NCBI GenBank assembly: GCA_040954595.2
Contig: CM082598.2
Coordinates: 9,811,097-9,875,096 of the forward strand
Origin: Balanoglossus misakiensis
Taxonomy: Eukaryota > Animalia > Hemichordata
Length of the DNA: 64,000 nt
Direction: 5' to 3'
Under the pieces are notes generated by a model. That model saw only the letters and a program-made list of their open reading frames with translations, was not told the DNA's origin and ran no database searches. Position 1 is the first letter of the stretch. Every line of letters begins with the position of its first letter. A program made the position numbers and the translations under genes. This document shows positions 25,877-37,920 of this stretch, in pieces.

Positions 25877-26034
25877 CTGTAAAATGGGTTATTTTTGCTA
25901 CAGGAAATTTTAAAGAGGCAACTGTTACATTATCTCCGAAAAAACACATTTACGTGACTTTTTATTTTCGCGTTTTGTTGGCTCTCGCGTATTTTGTGAA
26001 AATTTATTGCTCACGAAAATAACCCGCTTTACAG
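25877..26034. mobile_element. TA-flanked Tc1/mariner-like MITE (second copy 43789-43939)
   Basis: TA|CTGTAAAATGGGTTATTTT ... AAAATAACCCGCTTTACAG|TA. Confidence 0.65.
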
Positions 26035-26245
26035 TATTGTGAGAGAGTATGAAAACATAAATGCAACATGGAAAACACACGAACTACACATTTTTCTACA
26101 GAGGTTGTATGCTCATTAGGATGTGTTTTGTATGTATATTGCTGTCATTTGTTTTATGTGAGAAATAGGTTCCCTTGAATTGCCAGTTGCCTATTTATCC
26201 AGCAATTTATCACCGTCTTATTCTATTGATGTAATTCTTCTCTAG

Positions 26246-26390
26246 ATACAATCGTCTTCTCAAAGTCATCCATCGTTCACTGCAAGATTTGCTGAAAGCT
26301 CTCAAAGGTTTGGTTGTATTATCACAAGAACTTGAAACCATGTCTGGCAGTCTATATATCAACAAAGTCCCAGACATGTGGGCAAGTAAG
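26246..26390 (+). CDS. DNAH1: DNAH1-like exon
   Basis: ctctag|ATAC...AGTAAG|gtaaag, 145 nt. YNRLLKVIHRSLQDLLKALKGLVVLSQELE...VPDMWASK. Confidence 0.97.
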
Positions 26391-26709
26391 GTAAAGATTT
26401 TTTTCCTGACCTGTCATCCCCTGTACCCAAAATACTATCACCCTCAAAAGGTGCACGCTCATTGTGGGTTTGTGTGGAAAAGGGATCATGACGCTTCTTG
26501 TAAAACTAATTTTAACAAACCACCTACAGTGGTTCCGTTAACGCAAAATCCTGCATATTTTACGCCTTTCTGACCATAATTACGCAAAGACAATGATGGG
26601 CGCGTACACCAGGACGCGTTGACATTAGCCACTAGAGATAAGGAAATTGTATTGAGCAAGGCTTTCAAGCTAAAAATAACTGGACGCCCACGTAACTTTG
26701 CAACATTAA

Positions 26710-27055
26710 AGGGACAAAGTCTCTCTCTCGCTGCCATTTGTTCCATTAATTATATTTGATACAAGACACCGTTTGTTATTCTACATGTGGATATTAAGTG
26801 AATGAACGTTCAACAACACACAACTTCCATCCCTCTTATAGACAGGAGAGTGAAAAACTCGCCAAAATGAATAATCGTTCTTTACCATTTATTCATTTTG
26901 GGCGGGATTTTACTCTCATATCCTACAAACGAGATGGAAGTTGTGTGTGGTTGATCATTGATTCACTATATATCCACATGTACATTAACATAACCAGTGT
27001 CTTGTATCAAACATAATTAATGGAAAAGAGGCAGTTGGAGAGAGACTTTGTCCCT
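26710..27055. mobile_element. Near-palindromic Kolobok-like MITE, copy 2
   Basis: Same TIR and TTAA TSD as 23375-23719. Confidence 0.8.
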
Positions 27056-28075
27056 TTAACGCACAGAAATGTTGCAATTTTCACTCAGGCAACATTACAG
27101 ATTAAACTTTGCAACACTGTACGGTGTTGTTCTGTTACAGGCTTTCAACTTCCTATGCAATTTTGATACATTTTACGCAAAGTAAATTCTGAATGCCTAT
27201 TGAAGGACGCATAGAAAAAAAATCTAATGGAACCTCTGCACCTATTTCTAATCCCTCTAGAGTTGCCACTTTCTCTATTATTTTCATGATTTTATTTTCC
27301 AACTTAAATTGGTCCACCTAAATAAGCTTACTCAGGGCTTGTGTTTGATATTTAATTTTTTACGAGCAGTGCAAGCAAAGAGCCAAATTTTTTTGCATGA
27401 AATTGTATTTGAATTACGTGCAACAAAGTGACAATAGACAAGCAGGCTTTCAGATTAGGAACAACTTGAATGAGTTCTCCCTTCCTGTCTGGCTAGCCCA
27501 ACACAAAAAAATTAAATTCCAAGTATCGTTTACAATGTAGCGAATGAAGTACAGAAACATCATGAAAGAGATTGTGTTGCAAGTGGTTTAGTTTCCTGCT
27601 CACTGTGGGGTGACACAACTCACGGACGACCCTAGTGTGATTGAATTGCTTTATTCAATGGGCTACATGTGCATGGGCGGGACGCCATTACAATGATTGA
27701 TTGAACCCTGCTTAACATAACCGGAAGTCACATAGAACTAGTAACTAGAGGGCGCTAGACTGCCAACATCTCCCCTCCTTTAATGAAAAGAAAAAAACTG
27801 GAGAACCAACACCTTGCATGCATAACATAGAAAATGCAATTTTTTTTTGTTTTTTTTTGTAGATGGATACTGTAATGTAATGTTCTTTGAGTTCAGTACT
27901 GGTATCCAATGTTCATTGTGAGGGAAATATTCCTCCTTTTGTATGGAACATTAGTTTAACACAAAATTGTACACAGAACAATAAAGTTTATTGTGAAGTT
28001 TGGGTGGACTACCAAGACTTCACTGCAGGTTTCCAGGGATTATTCTGCCCTTTTGTGGAATAACCTGCTATCATG

Positions 28076-31000
28076 TCACATAACATAGTCCTTAAATTTG
28101 GATGGAAGTTTAATGGCTCTTGTTCGGGATGTTGTCATAAAGTCCGGACTCTTCTTCAGAGTGAATGACATCGCTGCAGGTGTTTGCTGGGTTGTAGCTG
28201 GAGGAATTTGTGGATTTTCCATCCGTTTCGCTGGGGATGCCGGAACCTCATTGCTTGTAAGCTGATGATCTTTACTGCTGGCGAATTCCTTGGGGCGTTG
28301 ACCTCCCTGAGATGTCCCGACGCAGCTGTTGTTTCCAGTGTTGGGCAACATGCTCGGCGTAACGACTGGTGGGAATGTTGGCCCCGGGTTGCGGTATTCT
28401 TGGATACCGATTGGTGGTGCAGCTGGTCTTATTTGTACTTGATTCCGTCGCACTTGGCCTGATTGAGTTTTGATTGTGTAGGATCTTGCATCATCACGAT
28501 GAGTGACCTGACCATATGACCAAGGTTTACCCCTCATATGAGGTGGAGGTTTTACGTACACATGGTTTCCAACGTTGATTGGGGTGTGTTCTGGGCCAGC
28601 TGTTTTATCATATTGCCGTTTGCTGGACACTCGTTTGCTCCTTATTTCTTGAAACACCTTCTCCTGGTCTATTGTTTGTTGTTGGAGTAGATGATCAGAT
28701 GTTTGGAGCCGAGTGTGCGTGTCCGACGGAGTAGCATCCGCTGGGCCGGTGAGTAGGTGTGTCCTTTTGGTGGTGTGTTCCTGTAGTTGAGCATGGCCTC
28801 GTCAAGGTTTCCTGATTTCCTCAGCATGGACTTGGAGGTGGCCACTGCTGCTTCTGCCCTTCCATTCCCTTTGGGATGATATGGGGATGACATTGTATGA
28901 CTGAATCCATAGCTGCGTACAAATTCCATGTATTCCTTACTGATGAACTGTGGCCCATTGTCGGTGTGACAAATTCTGGGTACACCGAACCGTGCAAAAT
29001 GGGCTTTCGTTTTGTTGATGATGGTGGTGGATAGCGTATCTGGGAGCTCATCAACCTCGATCCAGTCCGAGTAGTGGCACACGGTAACTAAGTAGTTGGT
29101 TCCTTCGAAGGCAAACAAGTCTTAACTAATCAGCTGCCATGGCAGGGTAGGTATGGGCAGTGATTTCATGGGTTCTTTTGGTGCTGTTCTGCCATATTGT
29201 GCACATATGCCACATGCTTCACACATATCTTGGATTGCCTTTCGCATCCCAGGCCAGAACAGGACTTCACGAGCCATACGAATATTTGATTCTGCTCCCT
29301 GGTGATTGGCATGTATTTTGTGAAGCATTTCTGAATGCATGGACTGTGGCACTATAACTAGGTTTCCTTTGTATATTATTCCATTTTGAGTTGTCAGTTC
29401 ATCTCTATAGCTCCAGAATGGGTGTAGGATTTCAGGCAAGGACTCTCTCTTGTCTGGCCATCCTGACGTTATCACTGTTTGAAGTGCAGATAGACACGGG
29501 TCATCTGATGTTTCATCTTGGATGCGTTTTTCTGTGTCTGGTAGTAATCTGGTATTCGGTTTGTAGAACTCAGGTTCCAACTCAGCTCTGAATACCTCAA
29601 AGCCGGTGACTTCACACTCCACTGGCGCTGGGAGTGGTGCTCTGGAGAGGGTATCCGTTAAATGGAGGGATGTGCCTCTTCTGTACGTAACCGTAAAACT
29701 ATGTCGTTGTAGGCGCATTAGCGTTCTCTGCAGTCTGGCCGTTGCTTTGTTGAGTGGTTTCTTCATGATTGTTTCTAAGGGCTGGTGGTCTGTGTGTACC
29801 ACTATGTCTGACTTGCCGTACAGCCATTGGTCGAATTTCTCAAATGCGTTGCAAATCGCGAGGCATTCTTTCTCGATTTGTGAGTATCGTTGCTCAGTTG
29901 GGCTCATGCTGCATGAGGTGAAGGCCACTGGCTGTAGTTTTCCATCTTTGTTAGGTTGAAGAATTGCTCCCCCGAGGCCTGCATCACTTGCATCAACCTG
30001 TAGTACTACTGGTTTCTGTAGATCATAGTACTGCAAGACTGGGGCTGCAGCTATCAGTTGTTTGGCTTTCTTGAAAGCTGCTTCTTGGGTTTCCGACCAG
30101 CAAAATGGTACTCCATTCTGAGTTAGCATTGTGAGTGGCCGTATTGTTGCGCTCAGATTGTCACAATACGGTGAGAGGTAGTTTATCATGCCGATAAACC
30201 GGAACAGGCCTGCTTTGTCTTGAGGGCTCGGCATGTCGATGATCGCTGCTACTTTGTCTGGATCGGGTTTCATCCCTTTGTCGGTTATGATGTTGCCAAC
30301 AAATTTTATCTCTCTACGTTTGAATTTGAGTTTGTCTGGATTGAACTTTATATTTCTTTGTATGGCTCGTTCCATGAGTGCCACAAAGCGGCGGTCGTGG
30401 TCTCGTTCAGCTTCTTCATATGTCTCTCCTTCCCCAAACACAAGGAGGTCGTCTGCTACAATGAGAAGAATTCCTTCAAGGCCTTCTATGGCTGTCATGA
30501 GTCTCATCTGGAATTCTTCTGGTGCACTTGTGATACCAAATGGCAAGCGAAGCCATCTGTATCGTCCGTAGGATGTGTGCATTGTGGTCACATGGAGGAC
30601 TCTTTATCGAGAGGGATGTGTAGGAATCCTTCACGTACATCAATGATGGAGAAGCATTTGGCATTGCACAGTTTGTGTAGCTGCTCATTCAGCGTTGGCA
30701 TCAACTGGTATATGGGTCGTAGAATTGCTTTGTTGACTGTTTGACTTGGGTCAATACACACCCTGAACTTGTTTGGAGACTCGCGTATTAAGATGTTGGA
30801 GCACCAGGGGGTAGGTACATCAACTTTTTCCAATATTCCCTCTGCCACATATTTATCTAGGGCAGCTTTTTCCTTTTCTCGTTTGGCAATAGGTACCCTG
30901 TGAATAGGCACCTGAATCGGGGATACATCTTGTTTGACCTTGAAGTGCACTGGGGGACCAAGCTCACCTATGTTTTTAAAGTTTTCTGGATATTCTCTGA

Positions 31001-31343
31001 TGATGTCCTCTTTCGTGAGCTGGCCCGGTGGGGGCAAATGTCGTTCTGCTGACACGCTAACTGGACGTGATGGTTGTGGTTTGGGTTGGCATTGAGAGGG
31101 TGTGTTGTTGTGTAGTGCTTCGACATGGTTACAGGTCATAGGCGAAGTTGCGTGGGTCAGCTTATTATGAGGTTTCTGCGTTCTGTAGCCAGGTAATTCA
31201 CTTGGTTCTGCTTCAGTTACGTTGTATATTGTCTTTGAAAGGGAGAAAACTTCATCAGCCTGAATCTTGACCAGCCCAAGTTTTTCACAGTCTTGTCCTG
31301 ACAGCAGGGCAGGTTTGTCTCCCATCACACTGTATGGTAAAAC
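28076..31343 (-). pseudogene. pol of Gypsy A (RT-RNase H-integrase), disrupted
   Basis: ORFs 30588-31373, 29122-30591, 28669-29118 and 28076-28657 are consecutive pieces split by frameshifts and an in-frame TAA (PWQLIS*DLF). Confidence 0.9.
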
Positions 31344-32265
31344 CATAGACCCTAGAGAAAGAAGGACGCGCAACTCCAGGTTTTTCTTGAAACGATGTTC
31401 TTTTGCATAAATTATTTCCGGATAATCCCCAATAATCCAATTTGCAAATAAACTATGTATAAACTAATGCAAAGTCTCACAACATCTCGCAGATCACGAG
31501 AAAACTGCAACGTGGTTGAACTGCAGCGATCATTTATGGAACACATCTGGACAAGTTAAACACGAATTTGGCACTTCTGAGTCTGACAGCGTCCAAAACA
31601 AGCATCTTTTGTCCAACAGTCCCGGTATTTGACAAGGCTGTGAGCTAACCGTACTTAGGGTTTCCTGTCGTCAACCATGAGAAACCAAGATGGCGGCCAT
31701 AGCGCACACGTGAAAATCCACAAAGTTTGTTTACTAATTGTTTTCGTGAAATCTGTTTCATTTTTCACGCACTGCGAAATAAAATACCCCTAAACCACAA
31801 TTTTTGTTTCAATGCTTCACGCAAACATAAAATTATTACGAAAAGTGTCAGCATTACCAAGAAGTATGAGTGCCCAGTCGGACATGCAAAAAACATGGAT
31901 GATTTGTTTACAATTTTTAAATGAAGCCTGTGGCACTAGAAATGACCGTTCAACCGACAGCGATCACCAAACCATAATAAATAGCACAGAAAACGTAATA
32001 CTTTTTGAATTTTAGAAAAAAACGCAGTGGCTGCTGAAATATAGGAGTGCCAGTTTTGGTTACTGTCGCGCATCACATAGTTGCGTTTATTTGTTGGTGA
32101 TATGTTAATGATATGCTAATGACATTGACGCGTGCCAAAGTGGAGATTCACGCGTGCCACCGTCCTAGGTGTTAATTATATGCAAAAGAACATCGTCATA
32201 CCGATAATCCCCAAACCCTTTGATCTTTGCCGCAGTTGCGCGTCCTTCTTTCTCTAGGGTCTATG
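31344..32265. mobile_element. P-element-like MITE inserted in the protease region of Gypsy A
   Basis: GTAAAAC|CATAGACCCTAGAGAAAGAAGGACGCGCAACT ... AGTTGCGCGTCCTTCTTTCTCTAGGGTCTATG|GTAAAAC, perfect 32-bp TIR, 7-bp TSD. Removal restores FQVLPYSVMGDKPALL. Confidence 0.8.
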
Positions 32266-33213
32266 GTAAAACCTGGAAGGATCATAGTGTTTCGTATCTG
32301 TCCTTCCTTTCACATATCAGGTCAACTTGACCTATGGGCTTCAGTGGCCTTGTGTTTCCATATGGGTACAGCAGATATGGGGAACGTGAAATTGCTGTCT
32401 CTGGGAGTGATGTCTGAAGTGTTCGATCAGATATTGTGTTGCATGTGGCGGCAGTGTCAATCTGAAATTTGACTGGTCTGAATCGTGTACCGCTGTTTGA
32501 CATTTTCAGATTCACATAGTACCTCTTTCCCCTGGAGGTTGTGTTCACATTGTGGATTTCTGATGCAAGGGAATATACATTTTGTTGTGGCTGTTCACTT
32601 TGGTACTCGTCGGTATACGGTGCGTCCGACTGTGTCTCCCATGACTGGAGTTGGTTGACCACTTGAGTGCGCTGTTCTCTGGTGTTGCCCTGTTGAGGTC
32701 TCCCACTGTTTTGGTTCCTGAAGTTGGTTGAGGTCGGTGTTCTTGGCGCCTGGTTGGTGCGCTGCTGTGCGCGAGCAGGACGGGTTTCTGTTTCCAGGCA
32801 TACTCTAGCGAAGTGATCGTTTCCCCCACATCTTGTGCATTTCTTGCCTTTGGCGGGGCAAATTTTCCATGGATGGCTGCTGTTACGTGTTTCGGTTCCT
32901 GTTCTGTGTGATTATATACACTGACAGAGGCGTACTGTCTTAAGAACAACACGTTTAATTAACTACGAACAAGGCGGCCATTTTTAGCCTGAGCAAGAGA
33001 GCGCTCAAAGTACAACTCAACACGCATGCGCAAATATCATTCTGTTAACTGTATGATGAATGTCACGTGACTGCTATCAACAAATACTGCAGCCTGTATT
33101 GTTACATCCTTTCTCCTTTGAAAAGAAAACAATAAAAGAAAAGCTATTGTCCATGACGTTTCATGAGTCAGTGTCCTGAATATGATTTTGCATGCAAAAT
33201 GTTAACCATAAAT

Positions 33214-36200
33214 TCAACGCGAAACAAATGCGACATAGTCTTTCAAATATACAGGTTTTCTGCTGATTCGTCCAGATCTTGTAGTCTTCAGTGGAATTTC
33301 ACAACTGGGCTGACTGTCTGGTGGCGGGTCATCAACATCAGCAGCTCTACTGTTGGTCACGGCTACAGGTGACTGGGATGATTTGCATACAATCTTCCTT
33401 TCATCTGCTCGGTGAGGTGATACAGTCATATCCGGAACAATGGGAATAACTGCATTTGGAACATATGTCTCCTGGGTTTTCTTCAGATGACGACGATTGC
33501 GACGATACTTTCTACCATCCTCAGTTGTAACTTCATATGAGCGGATGTTGATCTGCTTTTCAACTTCTGCCTTCTTCCAGACTTTCTCTGTCTTTCTGTC
33601 TGGCATTATGCGAACAACATCTCCTTTGTGCAGTGGGGGCAGATCTTTGGCTCCTCTATTGTAGTACAGTGGAACACCGATTATCCGAACCTGTTGGGCG
33701 GGTTAGATTTTGTTCGGATAATTGATTGTTCGGATAATTGATTTTGGCACGTCCGAACAAAGGAAATTGACCACACCATTGGGGCATGCGTATGTTACGA
33801 TGTTTCCCACATGCACATGCATTTTCCATGCACTCACAAAAAGAAGTTGATATAAATAATAAAACACAATTCGTCTTCTTTTATATAAAAGATACATATA
33901 TTAAGAGTTCAAAAGGTTATTAAAGAAAGAAAAAAAGACGAAGTCAAAGCTGCAATGTTCTGATCCGTTCAACATCGAATGTGGCCGGTCATCGTACCAA
34001 ACCATGAACGTGCGTAGGCCTTCCATGGCCACGGTAGATTTCGCTAGAGCTGGTGTCTCGTTCTCTTTATCGTCCTAATTTTTCATGCCATGAGTTTATT
34101 TCTGAGAAACAAAGTCGATGATTTCATCATATGTTAATGTTTCGAAGCTGTCATAGTTCTCGCTAGTCTCCAAATCTTCGATGTCAGTGACATTCAAACA
34201 GCGCAAAAACAAGCTCTCCGCACGAGGTGACTTCCGCAAGTGACGTCTTCGCTGTCATTCATATCGGCGCTGCCATGGTCACCGACCGCGACCCGACACG
34301 CCTTCACTGTGTCGCGGAATGAAGTCCATGCGTTTGAAAAGCCGTGTCTTTGATGTTGACACCTCGGACGATCTCCACCGTCTGCTCGCACGAGTCGAAG
34401 ACGGGCGATCTCATCCAACCCATGGCTTTCATTTGTATTATCAACGACAGTGCTAAGCTTATTTCGGCGATAAATCTACTTCACACTATCAAAAAATTGA
34501 CCAAAGCCGTGCCGACGCGACAAGTGATTTTTCTTGAGTTGACACTTGAGTGTGAAATCCTAGTATTGAATGTTACGATACCCGAAAGTGTGACACTCTG
34601 TTGTCGTAAAATGATTGAAATATTCAATGATAAAGACGTTTTTAACACATCCCACCGCCCTTTACAACAGAAACAATTAGAACTGACCAAAGAAATCTGT
34701 CCGAAATGTCAGTTTTCCTGCGGAAATGTCAAAGACCGCCGAGAAAACAGGTGCTTGGCATGGCTAATTAAATGTTCAGGGACCGTACCCGGGACCGTAC
34801 CAAAGCGTTCGGATAATCCGAAATTCGGATAATTGGTGTTCGGATAATCGGTGTTCCACTGTAATGGGCTTGACGGGCTTTACTGTTGTTGATCTGTTTT
34901 GCTGCATTCTCCAATACAGCTGGCTTGAGAAGACTGGCAGTTGTTGGTAACAGGGTCTTCGTTCGTCTGTTCATCAGTCTTTGAGCAGGACTGCTATCCA
35001 TACCTTGTGTCGGTGTATTTCTGAAATCAAGAATCGCCAAGTAGGGGTCTGCGTTGGCTATCTTTGCTTTTCTCATGATGTTCTTCGCTGACTTCACTGC
35101 ATTTTCTACTTTGCCGTTGCTCTGAGGATATCCTGGGGATGATGTAGTATGCTCAAACTTCCATACTCTGCTGAATTTCTGAAATTCTTCAGCTGTTATC
35201 TGGGGTCCATTGTCTGAAAAACACAGATCGGGTATCCCATGACGAGAAAACTGTGCCTTCAGTTTTCTGACAACTGTCTTTGCGGATGTATCAGGCAAAT
35301 AGTCAATTTCCCAGAAGTTGGAGAAATAATCCACTGTGATTAGGTAATCTTTGCCATCAAAGACGAACAGGTCAAAACCTACTTTTGCTGTAGTCTCAAC
35401 AACATTCTTTGTAGACGCTTTGGAGTGTTGTGCAGGGGCTTTCTCAGAATCGCTTCCAGGGGTTTATGATCAGACTGTACGATAACAGGTCTGCCATAGG
35501 TATATTGATGGAATCTCTCCATGCCGAATACCACTGCGAGTAACTCCTTCTCAATCTGTGCGTATCTGGTCTCTGTATCTGATAGGGCACGACTTGCATA
35601 TGCAACTGGTTGATCTTTCTGTATGAGTGCACAACCGAGACCGGTTTCCGAGGCATCTGCTTGCAAAATAAGATCCTCTTTCTGGTCGTAGTATCTCAAT
35701 ACTGGGTGTGCAGTAATAAGCTTCTTGACTTCCTCGATGGCTTTATCATGGCAATCTAACCAACACCACTCACTGTCTTTGAGGGTCAGTTTTCTCAGCG
35801 GTTCACATATTTCACTGAGTCTTGGCAGGAATTTGCTCAAATAGTTGACAAATCCGATGAATCTCTGGATCCCAGCAACATCAGTTGGCTTTGGCATCTC
35901 TACAACTGCTTTCACCTTTGCTGGATCTGGCTTTAGGCCTTCATCTGTAATGAGGTGTCCTATGAAGGGAACTTGCTTCAACCTCAGTTTGATCTTGTCT
36001 TTGTTGAGCTTCAAATTGCGTTCTCGGCATCTCTGCATAAAAGCTAATAGATTCCTGTCGTGGTCTTCTATGGCTTCATCTAGTGTGTCTCCTACACCAT
36101 ATAGCAGTATGTCATCCACTATGGACTTTGTGCGTGTCAGACCTTCAATGGCTTGGTCTTGTCTGCGCTGAAACTCTTCAGGCGCGGTAGAAATACCGAA

Positions 36201-37920
36201 AGGCATGCGCAACCAGCGGAACCTTCCGAAAGGGGTGTTGAACGTTGTCAAATGTGAGCTTTCGTCATCAAGTTCAACATGCCAGAATCCATTCTTGGCA
36301 TCCAAAACACTGAACACTTTGGCAAAAATTGCCCAATTCAGGCAATATCTCTTCTATTGTCTGCAATGGGTAGTGGCTTCTCTTCAGGGCTCTGTTTAAA
36401 TCTCTGGGATCAAGACAAATTCTCATCTTTCCTGGCTTGAGAACTGTGACTAGACTTGATACCCATGGGGTCGGCTTTGTGACTGGAGCTATGATGTTCA
36501 GTTCAGTGAGTCTATCAAGTTCCTCTTTCAGTTGGTCCTTGATAGCAACTGGAATTTTCCTGGGCGGGTGAACGATTGGTCTGACATTTGGATCTATTTC
36601 CAAATGATACTTTCCTTCCAGTCGTCCTGTGCCTTCAAACACGTCTGGAAACTCTTTAAGGAGATGATCCTTAGTGACAGGCTTTGAGGTGTCAACGACC
36701 CTCTTTGCCTGACTTGGCTGCTTTTCCTGAACCACCAATATCTGGTCATGCTGGACAGTTACCAAACCCATCTGCTGTATAGCTCGGCTGCCTAGTAGGG
36801 GAGTATTTGTATCATCATCAATGACTACAAAGTCTACTATGTACTTCTTTCCATTCTTCGGATTCACCATTTTCACTTTGGTTTGTCCTTTGGGCTTCAG
36901 TGTTGTCTTGTTGTACATGGTAAGAAGTCTGCCTGTCTCTGAAAACTTGTAATTATTCAAATTACCAAGCTTCGCCACTGGTATGATGTTGCATGTAGCA
37001 CCCAAGTCTAACTGGAATTTCACTGGCTGCTTCTCGATGAGCATAGTTGCGTGAATTTGCTTCGGAAAGCGACTATCGGTCACTTTGTTGACTTGCGGTT
37101 CATCTGGTGACAGTGTTACTGACTGTACTGCTTCATAGTCTTCCCGACTATCTTCTGCTACAGTGCAAACTTTTCCTTGTTTCTTCTTCTTCTGCATACA
37201 CTGCGATGCAAAATGATTGTCTTTCTTGCAATTGTGGCACTGCTTGCCATATGCTGGGCACTTTTCTTTGTCTTTAGCATGGCTCTTTCCACAGTATCTG
37301 CATTGTTTACCTTGCTCCGGTTTCTGCTTTGTTTTCTGTGCCTTTGTCCACTTCTTTCTCACTGCATGGACTTCCAATGGAACTTCAATAGTCTTTATGC
37401 TTTCTTTAGACAGCTCCGATGCTCTACATATCTGTATGCATTTGTCAAGGTTGAGGTCTGCTTCTCGTAACAGCCTTTCTCTCAATCTTGAATCACTGAT
37501 CCCACAAATCAGTCGATCTCTGACAAGCGAATCTTGGAGCGTTCCAAAATTGCATGTTGCAGCTAAAATCTTCAAATCTGTAATGTACTTGTCCAAAAGT
37601 TCATTACCTTCTTGGCTTCGAGTGAAAAACTTGTAGCGCTCTACAGTTTCATTTCTCTTCGGGTTGCAATAATCATCAAATGCTTTGATAAGCTCTGCCA
37701 GCTTGCGATCTTTATCTTCTGTCTCGAAGATTAATGTCTTGTGAACTTCTCTACCCTCTCTTCCAATGAGGTATAGAAACAGCTTGCATTTGTGGCTTTC
37801 ATCTTTGCCATCCATCACTAGGTCAACATAGAGTAATAATTCCTCTTTCCATCTTTTCCACACCGCTGCCAAATTCTTGGCTTCGAAATCAAGATTCTCT
37901 GGTGTTTTGATGTGTTCCAT
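33214..37920 (-). pseudogene. gag-pol of Gypsy B, disrupted
   Basis: Gag with CRYC..H..C and CHNCKKDNHFASQC knuckles, protease DLGA, RT IVDD, RNase H ADAS, integrase SDNGPQ/QSNGKVE. Frameshift at about 36325, deletion at about 35388, DNA-transposon insertion at 33667-34861. Confidence 0.92.
33667..34861 (-). mobile_element. pogo/Tigger-like deletion derivative inserted in the integrase tail of Gypsy B
   Basis: TA|CAGTGGAACACCGATTATCCGAAC ... GTTCGGATAATCGGTGTTCCACTG|TA, perfect 24-bp TIR. Decayed transposase-like text (VK*IYRRNKL; ETLTYDEII). Removal restores QAHYYNRGAKDLPPL. Confidence 0.85.
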